A stretch of DNA of 64,000 nt, taken from positions 256,001 through 320,000 of the forward strand of contig CAWJAX010000005.1 of assembly GCA_963841015.1 (NCBI GenBank), in the 5' to 3' direction. This DNA is from an uncultured Methanoregulaceae archaeon. GTDB lineage: Archaea; Halobacteriota; Methanomicrobia; Methanomicrobiales; Methanospirillaceae. Under the pieces are notes generated by a model. The model was not told the origin of the DNA. It ran no database searches and worked only from the letters and a program-made list of their open reading frames with translations. Both the position numbers and the translations under genes were made by a program. Shown one piece after another: positions 51,255-61,113 of this stretch; position 1 is the first letter of the stretch, and each line of letters starts with the position of its first letter.

Positions 51255-52465
51255 TGGTCACCTGGTGCAGAACGATTTTTCTGAACAGTTTTCCAGCCGG
51301 CATGTTCAACAGCACGCAAGACTTCGCTGACCGGGACACCAAGCTCCGTCGCCCAGTCCCGGGCCTGATCAAATTCTGCCTTGAGTGAATAGATCTCACC
51401 ATGCATCCACCCGAACTTGACTGCCATGGTACGATGTTTTTCCGCAATTTCAACATCAACGAGTTCAATGGTCCGCTCGGCAATGAACCGGTGAACCGCG
51501 GGTATACAGCGTATGCCAAGCGTCCCCAGCTCCCGTGCCATCAGTTCAGCGAATTCCCCGCTCTTGTCGCTGGTGCAGATTACCTGGATAAGAAAGCCGG
51601 GTCTCCCCTTTTTCATAATGATCGGTATTGCACTCGCGTCCCGTGCACCTTTTTTTAAAAACTGGATAATTGCGTGGGCGATTACCTCCCCGCTGACATC
51701 ATCAATATTTGTCTCGAGGATATCAACAGTGTCCTGAGCAAGTGTGTCGCCATCACCCTTTGTTTCGATAACCATTGCCCGTATCACGTTGGGTGTGCCC
51801 TCTGGATCCCGTGTACCGGCACCGTACCCTATTGCCTGTATGGTATATATTCCGAGTTCTGTTGGGGCCATCGTTAAGAACTCTGCAAGGAGCGCGGCAC
51901 CGGTGGGAGTGCAGAGTTCCCCCTCGTCAGTTCCCTGCCGGGTTAAAAGTCCCGAACTTTTGAGAATTTCGGCAGTTGCGGGTGCTGGTATCGGGAATGC
52001 GCCGTGGGAACCTGTTGATGTCCCCCGACCAAGTGTGACTGGCATCACGGTAACACCATCAACACAAAGGGAGTGAAGGGCAGTACAAGCACCGATTACA
52101 TCAGCGATCGCGTCATCTGCTCCCACTTCATGAAAATGAACGTGATTTCCATGAACCCGTTTCTCAGCATCGTTGATACGTTCAAAGACCCGTTTAGCCA
52201 TTGCGAGTGCTTCAGGTGGGACATCTGCTTCTGCAGTATCGAGTCGTTTCATCACTTCAGATAGTGTTCGATGAATGGGGGTGGCGTGTGTATCTACTTT
52301 CACTGCCCGGAGACCGGCCCGGGTCACTTCAGTTATGCCCGGCTCCGCGATTAGGGACTGCATCGCTCTCATGACACAATTTTTATCCGCTCCACAATCC
52401 AGCAGTGCACCGATTATCATATCGCCCGCGGCGCCGTGGAACGGATCAAAAACAAGGACTCGCAT
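51251..52465 (-). CDS. larC: Nickel pincer cofactor nickel-insertion protein LarC
   Basis: GAAGDM, HFHEVGADD, PAPAT, TPTGAA, GYGAG, ETNIDD, MKKGRPG and GTLGIR. Confidence 0.93.
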   Translation of the reverse strand: MRVLVFDPFHGAAGDMIIGALLDCGADKNCVMRAMQSLIAEPGITEVTRAGLRAVKVDTHATPIHRTLSEVMKRLDTAEADVPPEALAMAKRVFERINDAEKRVHGNHVHFHEVGADDAIADVIGACTALHSLCVDGVTVMPVTLGRGTSTGSHGAFPIPAPATAEILKSSGLLTRQGTDEGELCTPTGAALLAEFLTMAPTELGIYTIQAIGYGAGTRDPEGTPNVIRAMVIETKGDGDTLAQDTVDILETNIDDVSGEVIAHAIIQFLKKGARDASAIPIIMKKGRPGFLIQVICTSDKSGEFAELMARELGTLGIRCIPAVHRFIAERTIELVDVEIAEKHRTMAVKFGWMHGEIYSLKAEFDQARDWATELGVPVSEVLRAVEHAGWKTVQKNRSAPGDQ

Positions 52466-52507
52466 TTACAGTACTTATAAATCCCTGCGTATATGACCTT
52501 TAAGGTA

Positions 52508-54924
52508 ATGCCTGAAGTTCAATTGAGGGTGGATTCCGCGTATCCCGGCGATCAGGGTGGCGGAAAAGCCCGGCTCGATCCCGAGACGATGTTACTCCTC
52601 AAGATCTCGCCGGGGGATCTTGTGGCGATTGAAGGGAAACGCAGGACTGTTGCCAAAGTGTGGCGGGCGCTTGTTGAGGATTGGAACCAGCGCAAAATAC
52701 GCATTGATAATTTCACCCGGCTTAATGCCGGAGTGAGCATTGGTGATACAGTCAGGGTTGTAAAAATTGCTGATGAAGTGGAAGCAAAGAGGGTTGTCCT
52801 GGCCCCCCCTGAGGATCTCCCGAAAAAGATACCGATCGCAAACAATCCACATGTGGTGAATGGATTGATCGATTTCCCGGTCGCGAAGAATGATTCAGTG
52901 CCTATTATGCTGGGCCTGCCATTTATCCAACCCCAGATCGTTGCCTTCAAGGTTGTTGAGATTGAACCCGAGGAGGCGGTTATCATTACCAAGAACACGT
53001 CCATTGAGTTCTCCGATAAACCCGCATTAGGTTTCGAGGGTATCAAGCGATTCTCATATGAGGACATTGGAGGCCTCAAAGACGAACTACAACGACTCCG
53101 TGAGACCATTGAACTTCCGCTGCGCCACCCGGAACTTTTCCAGAAACTGGGAATAGAACCCCCCAAGGGTGTTCTGCTTTATGGTCCTCCAGGAACAGGC
53201 AAGACACTGATCGCAAAAGCGGTTGCAAGCGAGAGTGGTGCACATTTCATCTCGATTGCCGGTCCCGAAGTCATCTCGAAATATTATGGTGAGAGCGAAC
53301 AACGGCTCCGTGAAGTCTTTGAGGAAGCACGGGAGAACTCCCCTTCAATCATATTCATTGATGAACTCGACTCTATTGCACCCCGAAGGGAGGAAGTTAC
53401 CGGAGAAGTGGAACGACGGGTGGTCGCTCAGCTCCTGACCATGATGGATGGTCTGGAAGAACGCGGGCAGGTCGTTGTGATTGGAGCGACGAACCGGGTT
53501 GATGCAATTGATGCCGCCCTCAGGAGGCCGGGAAGATTTGACCGTGAGATAGAAATTGGCGTCCCGAGCGAGCTGGACCGGATCGAGATCCTCAAGATTC
53601 ATACCCGCGGCATGCCGCTTGCCGAAGATGTGAGAATTGAAATTCTTTCCCAGCAGACACACGGTTTTGTTGGTGCCGATCTTGCAGCACTTGCCCGTGA
53701 GGCTGCAATCCGGGCATTGCGCCGGTATCTTCCGGATCTGGATCTCGATGCCGAGGAAGTCCCGGCAGAAGTGCTGGATTCGTTACGGGTTCTCGCCAGT
53801 GACTTCCGCAGCGCCCAGCGTGATGTTGGTCCCAGTGCAATGCGGGAAGTGATGCTCGAAGTTTCGCATGTGAAATGGGATAATGTAGGCGGACTCGAAG
53901 AAGCAAAGACCGAAGTCCGTGAAGCAGTTGAGTACCCTCTGACCCACCGGCAGAAATTCGAAGATCTTGGAATTGAACCTCCGCGTGGAGTTCTTCTTTA
54001 TGGTCCGCCAGGAACAGGGAAGACGCTGATCGCTAAAGCGGTCGCGAGCGAGAGCGGGGCAAACTTTATCCCGGTTCGGGCACCCAGCTACTCTCCAAGT
54101 GGGTTGGAGAGAGCGAACGTGCGGTGCGGGAGGTGTTTAAGAAGGCTCGGCAGGTCGCACCATCAATTATATTCTTTGATGAGATTGACGCACTCGCACC
54201 TGCACGGGGTACTTCCAGCGATTCGCATGTGATTGATAACGTCCTTAACCAGATCCTGACTGAGATGGACGGTCTTGAGGAGCTCAAGGATGTTGTGGTT
54301 ATGGGGGCTACAAACCGTCCTGATATTGTTGATCCGGCACTCCTGCGGGCAGGAAGGTTTGACCGCCTTGTCTATATAGGGGAGCCTACGTTCGAGGACC
54401 GGAAAAAAATTATCCAGATCCACACAAGGTATATGCCGCTTGAAGATTCAGCGCTTGAAGCGATCATGGACCTGACAGAAAGTTACAGTGAAGAGGCAAT
54501 AGCGGAACTTGGTGAAAAGCTGGGTAAAGACCGGACTCTTGATATCGAAGATGTCAAGATAATAATCGTACCAGCTGCTGAAGGGAGTACTGGAGCATCT
54601 GTTGGTATACGCCGGAAACGTTTTGTTGAACTTTTGAGTGAACAGCACCTTGTCTTTTCAGATCCAGCCCGCAACCGGCTTGCAACCACCCTCTCCGAAA
54701 TCACTGAAGGCTTCGTCGGGTCGGATCTTGAATCAATGTGCCGGGAAGCGGGCATGCTGGCACTACGTGAAGATGCTACAATAGTAACCAAGCGCCACTT
54801 TGAGGAAGCCCAGAAAAAGGTGCACCCGATGATGAACGAGAGGCTTAGAGAATATTACAAAAACATCCAGCAGCACTTCAAAGGTGGTCTCCCCAAACAG
54901 GTGCAGCCACCGGAATACCAGTAA
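52508..54924 (+). pseudogene. cdc48: CDC48/VAT AAA+ ATPase, frameshifted near 54078-54085 (probably a sequencing error)
   Basis: N-domain plus two GPPGTGKT Walker A motifs. The second module continues in another frame as [28 protein letters not shown]. Confidence 0.93.
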
Positions 54925-54933
54925 CTCTTTTTT

Positions 54934-55740
54934 TTACCCGCTTACGAGCATCATCCCGCCAATGAAGATCAGTATCCCTGCAAATGCGATCTGTAAATTC
55001 CGCCCGGAGCAGCGGTAAGCGCACCGCACGCCGAATCGTGAGAGCGGGATGGTAGTTGCAGCGAGGATAGCAAACGTCATGAGATTGACATAACCCATCG
55101 AGTAGGGAGGCAGGCCCGCCATTCCCCACCCGTTGATAACATACGCAGTCACAGCGCCGATTGACGAGAAGATCAGACAGGCTGAGGAAGTGCCGACCGC
55201 TGTGTGCATGGGATATCCAAGGAGTATCACAAGAACTGGTACGAGCAGGATGCCCCCGCCAATCCCGGCAAGACCGGAGACGATGCCGATCAAAAAACCG
55301 ATGAGGAGGTATATACCGGTTGATCCACGGGGTTCGCAAGTCGAACAAGCCTGGATATGCCAGACCATACGGACTGCTGTCGCGATGATAAGGAGGGCAA
55401 AGAACGTCCGGAGTACATAGCCCGGCAGGTGGGCGGCGATCGTCCCTCCGGTAAGACCCCCGAAGACTGCGGCACAACCCATCAGTATTGCTGCCTGCCA
55501 GTTCACTGCCCCGCGGCGGTGGTGGGCGAACGCCGCGCTGGTCATCGTCGGGATCATTACGGCGAGGGAGGTTCCGAACGCGAGCCGGGTGCCAAGCGTT
55601 CCGTCAATCCCGCCAGCCGTATAGAGCCAGTACTGGACCGGTGTCATCAGGAACCCGCCACCGACCCCGAAGAGACCGGAAGCGGTTCCCGCAGTAATCC
55701 CTGTGATGATAAGGCTGAAAAAATACAGGATCGGGTCCAC
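54934..55740 (-). CDS. Sulfite exporter TauE/SafE family membrane protein
   Basis: Duplicated SGLFGVGGG / SGLAGIGGG and GTS motifs; hydrophobic. Confidence 0.92.
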   Translation of the reverse strand: MDPILYFFSLIITGITAGTASGLFGVGGGFLMTPVQYWLYTAGGIDGTLGTRLAFGTSLAVMIPTMTSAAFAHHRRGAVNWQAAILMGCAAVFGGLTGGTIAAHLPGYVLRTFFALLIIATAVRMVWHIQACSTCEPRGSTGIYLLIGFLIGIVSGLAGIGGGILLVPVLVILLGYPMHTAVGTSSACLIFSSIGAVTAYVINGWGMAGLPPYSMGYVNLMTFAILAATTIPLSRFGVRCAYRCSGRNLQIAFAGILIFIGGMMLVSG

Positions 55741-55804
55741 AGGCTCTCCAAATCTGCTGCAGAGTTATTATACCCCCAGTCTCAATAGTCTAACGGGATA
55801 AAGT

Positions 55805-56377
55805 ATGGGACGACCTGCACTGCTCATCATCGATATGCAGAACGATTTCGTACTGGAAGGCAAACCGCTGAGAGTTGCCGGGGCCGGTACGGTAATACCG
55901 AAGATCCAGGCTGCGCTGACTGAGTTCAGGAAACGATCCCTACCGGTTTTCCACGTCCTGCGGGTACACCGGGCGGATGGTTCGGACGTGGAGATCATAC
56001 GGCAGGAGCTTTTCAATAAGCAGCCATTTGCCGTTGCCGGTACCCGAGGGGCAGAGGTAATTGATCAACTAACACCTCTTGAAGGTGAGTATATCCTCAC
56101 CAAGACAAGGATGAGTGCGTTCATTGGCACGGAACTCGACCTGATGCTCCGGACAATTGGTGTAACGAGTATCGTGGTCTGCGGCATTCAGACTCCGAAT
56201 TGCATCCGGACCACCATTTTCGATGGTATTGCGTACAATTATCCTGTGGTACTGATCGATGATGCGACCGGGGCAGCATCAGATGAGGTGCACCGGGCCA
56301 ATATCCGGGACATGCAGAATATCGGAGTAAAGATCATCAATGCAGCGGATCTGGCGGGTTTTCTTGACATACTGTAA
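55805..56377 (+). CDS. Isochorismatase-family cysteine hydrolase
   Basis: ALLIIDMQNDF, KTRMSAF and GIQTPNCIRTT (Asp-Lys-Cys triad). Confidence 0.92.
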   Translation: MGRPALLIIDMQNDFVLEGKPLRVAGAGTVIPKIQAALTEFRKRSLPVFHVLRVHRADGSDVEIIRQELFNKQPFAVAGTRGAEVIDQLTPLEGEYILTKTRMSAFIGTELDLMLRTIGVTSIVVCGIQTPNCIRTTIFDGIAYNYPVVLIDDATGAASDEVHRANIRDMQNIGVKIINAADLAGFLDIL

Positions 56378-56438
56378 ATACTCCCCTCATTAAAAGTTTT
56401 CCTGTATTATTTGTCTGCAGGCTATCCAGGGTACCCGT

Positions 56439-56666
56439 CTATTCACAGTACGGATCGTATACCGATTCCTCAATCACCCGGCGCGGTGGTTTGCCCCGGC
56501 CACCCGAATGGGAGTGTCTGGATGTCCGGTCCCTCTCTGTCTCTTCATCATCCAGTTCCACATCTTTTGATTCCTGAGGTTTTTCTCCCGTCTGCGAGAC
56601 CGGTTCCCGGTTTTGGAAGGTTTTTTCTTTCTGAGTATCCTGCATTTTCTGAATTTCTTCTGCCAT
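56439..56666 (-). CDS. Small charged hypothetical protein
   Basis: 75-aa hydrophilic ORF filling an intergenic gap; no known motif. Confidence 0.5.
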   Translation of the reverse strand: MAEEIQKMQDTQKEKTFQNREPVSQTGEKPQESKDVELDDEETERDRTSRHSHSGGRGKPPRRVIEESVYDPYCE

Positions 56667-56919
56667 AGATATCAGGATGGATATTACAAAAGAAGCTACA
56701 GAAATAGCTTACTCTTAAAAAACACGATTGTTTTGAGAATAATCGGGATTAAGAACTCCTGTCTCCAGCTCTTTCTATAACACAGGTGAGGCAGAAACCT
56801 GTGTAAAATGTTTACATGCCTTCTTATTACAAAAAAATAACCTGAATAGTCTCCAGTTAACCCCCAAGGGTTCACACAAACCTTTTAAAGCGACAAAAAA
56901 AACATATGCCAGAAGCATT

Positions 56920-57543
56920 TTGGCAAATACAAAAAGCCACATCCAGGACATTCCGGATAGTGTAAAACAGAAAAAACGTACCACCGGTATTGTAGGTCTT
57001 AACCTTTTACTGGATGGTGGATTTCCCGAAGGGACCATTATCATGGTCTACGGGACACCGCTAGCCGGTGTAGATCTTGCAGCGTTACAGTTCTGGAAGG
57101 TGGAAGGGGAAGAGGGCACCTATCTGATGAACGATGGTGACGTTGAGATTGGAATGCTCGACGCTACGGATCTACATCCCGAGATGTATATCCCGCAGAT
57201 GGCGGGGGGGCGTATTGTTGTTGACTCACTCTCGACTATTATTATTAAGTACGGAATTGAGGAAGCACTTAAGTTTTTACGACTGACCCGTGAAGAAATG
57301 AAGAAACGTAGTGCAAATATTATGTTTGTCGTCTACACGGGGATTCATGCGCCCATAGAAATGACCAGGGTCATGCGTGCGGCAGACATTGTGATTGAGT
57401 TCAAGACAGATATTCATCAGGCCGAGATCGAGCGGACACTGGCAGTGCACAAGATGAAGGATTCGGCGTCGCCACGGCGATTGCTTCCATTCATCATTAC
57501 TGACAATGGCATCGAAGCATCGACTACATCCAGGGTCGTATAA
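56920..57543 (+). CDS. KaiC/RAD55-like RecA-fold protein with degenerate Walker A
   Basis: TGIVGLNLLLDGGFP, GTPLAGVD, RIVVDSLS and R.L.V.KM....PF.IT..GI. Confidence 0.85.
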   Translation: MANTKSHIQDIPDSVKQKKRTTGIVGLNLLLDGGFPEGTIIMVYGTPLAGVDLAALQFWKVEGEEGTYLMNDGDVEIGMLDATDLHPEMYIPQMAGGRIVVDSLSTIIIKYGIEEALKFLRLTREEMKKRSANIMFVVYTGIHAPIEMTRVMRAADIVIEFKTDIHQAEIERTLAVHKMKDSASPRRLLPFIITDNGIEASTTSRVV

Positions 57544-57745
57544 TCATTTTTTCATTTATTTCAATTATTTTTTTTTGAGGGTTGCCGGCATACTCCAATT
57601 ATTATAATGCCCATAATTGCAATTGGGGATGGTATTTGGATTCACTCCAGTAGTTATCTTTAATCCCTCAAACAAAAATCTGAAATTTTTCCGGTGATAA
57701 AAAACCCGGGGAAATTATCATAAATCTTTAAAAAAATTCTTTAAC

Positions 57746-58462
57746 CTATTTTTTTTTGATTATTTCGTGTGTATTACAGAACTTTCCGTACAAAAATTCC
57801 CTTGCCACCCGCTGGCACAATTTATTGCTTGTCTCAAGGTACCGTTCCGAATCGCGTCCTATCTTTTCTTTCAGGAATTTTCTCTCACCACGGGTCCAGT
57901 CCCGGATCAGGCCTTCGGTCATCTCAAGATGGAACTGGAGACCGAGAGCTGACCCGAGCCGGAATCCCTGGTATGGTACTCGATCCCCCCTGCACTGGAG
58001 TCTTCCTCCAACAGGCAGGTGGAATGTTTCGCTATGCATCTGAAAAACGTGGAAAGTCTTCGGGAAAGACGCAAAAACTCCGATTGCATCGGGAGTAGAA
58101 TGTACTGGGCACCAGCCGGTTTCGTTCAGAAACCGGTACACAGTCGCCCCGTTTGCAGATGCGATCAGCTGAGCACCGAGGCACAGACCGAGTACAGGAA
58201 CCCGCTTCCTTACTGACTGCCGGATCAGCTTCTTTTCCTCTTTGATCCACGGAAAATCATTTTCATCGTTTACGCTCATCGGACCGCCAAGGAAAAGAAG
58301 GCGGTTTGCGTTCCCGGCGCTGACAGGGTCATCGTCCCAGAGATGTGTATAGTCAAACGGGATGCCCTCTTCTGAGAAAATATGTTCAAAATAACCGAGT
58401 GGTTCTGAAGGTGTGTGTTGGAAAGCCCTGACCCGGATCGAATTTCCCGTCATTCCTGACAT
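57746..58462 (-). CDS. Type 1 glutamine amidotransferase (stand-alone)
   Basis: LGGPMSVND, GLCLGAQL and LQFHLE triad. Confidence 0.9.
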   Translation of the reverse strand: MSGMTGNSIRVRAFQHTPSEPLGYFEHIFSEEGIPFDYTHLWDDDPVSAGNANRLLFLGGPMSVNDENDFPWIKEEKKLIRQSVRKRVPVLGLCLGAQLIASANGATVYRFLNETGWCPVHSTPDAIGVFASFPKTFHVFQMHSETFHLPVGGRLQCRGDRVPYQGFRLGSALGLQFHLEMTEGLIRDWTRGERKFLKEKIGRDSERYLETSNKLCQRVAREFLYGKFCNTHEIIKKK

Positions 58463-58719
58463 AGTAGTTTTCTCACTACATTCTATGATACGCAGCACAT
58501 TTTGGACTTGTGGTTCTGGCAAATAATTGATGTGGTCTATGGTACTATCAGGAATTCCCGTTGCCTTGAAATAGCAGCCTGGTGCAAGTGACTGCTTTTA
58601 TCCAGACCAGCCTTCGCAATTGGTTGCATCTGCAATCTCCTGCCATACGTACCTGTAACTCTCTTGAATTACTCGTCCTGAGGAAATTTTTTTGGAGAAT
58701 CAGGGAAAAAATTAAAAAT

Positions 58720-59625
58720 TCAGAGCCCGATTCGCACCATCTTTGCTGCTTCAGACATGTGCTTTAATTTGGCAAAAGCTGCCTCACGGGACCGCATTCT
58801 CATTCCACAGTCCGGATCGAGCAGCATGATCCTTGGATCGAATACCTCAATCCCTTTTTCAATTCTTTTTTTGATCTCCACAATGCTTTCGATCTTTTCA
58901 ATCGATGAGTCCACACAACCGTACCCAATCATCCGCCCGGCAAGATCACGGCGGGAGAGCAGATCGAGATTTGCAGGATTATTCGAAAATTCGAAGTCCA
59001 GAACATTAACGTTGAATTTCAGGATTTCATCGAGTACATTTCCTAAATTTCCGCACACATGCATGCAGGTTGGAATCCGCAATGCGGTCGTGATCATTTC
59101 AATGGCCTGTTTTCCGATAGCAAGATCAGCCATGCCAGTAGAAAATATCGGTTCATCGATCTGCAAGAGGGTTACTCCGACAGCTTCCAATGCTTTTGCC
59201 TCAGGAATCAGTGCAGCGGCAAGATCCAGTGCCAGTTCCTCCTTGTTCCGGTACATCGGGGTACTGATATGAAGACCATGAGCAAGGGTGGTGGGCCCGG
59301 TGACAATCCCTTTCACTTTTGGGGCCTTTCCCAGTGCATACTTCGTATCCCCCACCGTTATTGGTCCGGAAGCTGGCTGTACTTTACCGATAACCTCCTG
59401 ACCTTTAATCCCGGGAAGTTTTGAGGCAAACGCCTGGATCATGTCACCACGGATCTGACCGTCCGATATGATGTCGATGCCTGCAGCGATCTGGTCGGCA
59501 ACAGCCGTCTCGACCGCGGTATGGAGAGGGTCAAAGAGACTTCTCAAACTACTTCCTTTCACGACGGGGTAACTCCCGACCACGGTTGTCGCCAGAACTT
59601 TATCGATGAAATAGTCTTTTACCAT
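58720..59625 (-). CDS. metE: Core (single-barrel, MetE-type) methionine synthase
   Basis: TTVVGSYP, SDGQ, QIDEP, zinc ligands HVC and PDCG. Confidence 0.9.
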   Translation of the reverse strand: MVKDYFIDKVLATTVVGSYPVVKGSSLRSLFDPLHTAVETAVADQIAAGIDIISDGQIRGDMIQAFASKLPGIKGQEVIGKVQPASGPITVGDTKYALGKAPKVKGIVTGPTTLAHGLHISTPMYRNKEELALDLAAALIPEAKALEAVGVTLLQIDEPIFSTGMADLAIGKQAIEMITTALRIPTCMHVCGNLGNVLDEILKFNVNVLDFEFSNNPANLDLLSRRDLAGRMIGYGCVDSSIEKIESIVEIKKRIEKGIEVFDPRIMLLDPDCGMRMRSREAAFAKLKHMSEAAKMVRIGL

Positions 59626-59686
59626 AGGTATTCCGGATAATTAATTGTACAATCGAATCGACCGCGGTGATAAAAAATGTATTTGG

Positions 59687-60979
59687 TCAGGGAACCAGCC
59701 GGTGCATGTCACGAGGGAACGGTCCTGCCTCACGAACATTTGACAATCCAAGCATCGTCATAATCAACCGATCGGTTCCCAACCCCCATCCAGCGTGGGG
59801 TGGCATGCCGTACCGGAACGGGCGCAGGTAGAACTCGAAACTCTCAGGATTCAAGCCTTTCTTTTTGATCTGCTGCACGAGGAGATCATGCTGGTGAACA
59901 CGTTGCGCCCCGCTGGATAACTCCATTCTTGGGTGCATAAGATCGAATGCCTTACAGATTGTGGGATCGTTCTCATAGGGCATGGCATAATAAGGGCGGA
60001 TCTCGCTGGGCCAGTCCACAATGAAGTAGTGCCCGCCCATTTCCGCTCCAATAGCTCTCTCTGCTGCGGGACTGATATCATCACCGTACTTGATCGGGTC
60101 ATCGATCTTTTTCCTTGCAATCTCTATCGCTTCACGATACGGAAGTTGGGGAAATGGTGCACGTGGAATAACCAAATCGGCGATTTCGAGGTTGGCGAGC
60201 TGGTCGTCACAGGTAGCCCTCACATATTCGTACGTTTTAACGATCAGCTCTTCAAGGATGCGCATTACCTCGATATGGTCTGCATACGATACTTCAATAT
60301 CAATCGATGTTGCCTCGTTCAGATGCTTTGTTGTGTTGTGTTCCTCTGCCCTGAAAATAGGCCCGATTTCAAAGACTTTTTCAAATCCTGCCGCCATCAT
60401 CATCTGTTTGTAGAGTTGTGGACTCTGGTTGAGGAATGCTTCTTTGTCAAAGTAGGCAATAGGGAAAAGCTCCGTCCCGCCCTCTGTCGCAGCTGCTACT
60501 ATCTTGGGAGTGGTGATATTGATGAAACCTTCCTGATGGAGGTACTGGTTAATGGCGTGAGTTGCGGCGCTGCGGATCTGGAAAACTGCAGCGACCCGGG
60601 GTCTTCGGGCGTCCAGGAAACGGGCGTCAAGCCTTGTGTCCAGGTCAGCCGGGACCTTCTCTACAACATCCAGGGGGAGTGGGCTGTCAGCTAAACTGAT
60701 GATCTCGAACACATCAGGAACGAGCTCCCGTCCACCCGGTGCCTTGTCGATAGCTTTTACCATCCCTGCGACTCGTACAACAGATTCGCGGGAGACTTGT
60801 TTTGCAGCAGCAAGCACAGCCTCTGAAGCTCTTTTTTTGGGGATGGTGACCTGGATGATTCCGGTGCGGTCGCGGATCAAAAAGAAGGCAAGACCCCCGA
60901 GATCCCGGACCTCATGGACCCAGCCGCAGATTTCTGCTTGTCCGCTTACAGGTGTTACTGATTGTATGGGAATGCGCAT
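59687..60979 (-). CDS. aspS: Aspartate--tRNA(Asp/Asn) ligase
   Basis: GWVHEVRDLGG OB-fold, QSPQLYKQ, FRAE, SSGAQR and PPHAGWGLG. Confidence 0.96.
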   Translation of the reverse strand: MRIPIQSVTPVSGQAEICGWVHEVRDLGGLAFFLIRDRTGIIQVTIPKKRASEAVLAAAKQVSRESVVRVAGMVKAIDKAPGGRELVPDVFEIISLADSPLPLDVVEKVPADLDTRLDARFLDARRPRVAAVFQIRSAATHAINQYLHQEGFINITTPKIVAAATEGGTELFPIAYFDKEAFLNQSPQLYKQMMMAAGFEKVFEIGPIFRAEEHNTTKHLNEATSIDIEVSYADHIEVMRILEELIVKTYEYVRATCDDQLANLEIADLVIPRAPFPQLPYREAIEIARKKIDDPIKYGDDISPAAERAIGAEMGGHYFIVDWPSEIRPYYAMPYENDPTICKAFDLMHPRMELSSGAQRVHQHDLLVQQIKKKGLNPESFEFYLRPFRYGMPPHAGWGLGTDRLIMTMLGLSNVREAGPFPRDMHRLVP

Positions 60980-61113
60980 GATGAAGTCCTATATCTATGG
61001 GGCGCAGGGGATAATGGATTTTATGGGAATAGCAAATCAGTAAAATGGCTAATATTTACAGATTGCAGGATTCTGATATAAGCACACAGCCGCAAAAAAA
61101 TTTTTTTTCCTTT

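Noticed and set aside
51251-56377. larC + tauE + isochorismatase as a nickel-pincer cofactor cluster
   Set aside because: The hydrolase lacks the Asp/His metal ligands typical of nicotinamidases, cdc48 intervenes, and orientations differ.
59710-59735. AspRS C-terminal REAGPFPRD instead of the usual hydrophobic residues before FPRD
   Set aside because: A two-residue deviation in an error-prone assembly cannot be distinguished from sequencing error.
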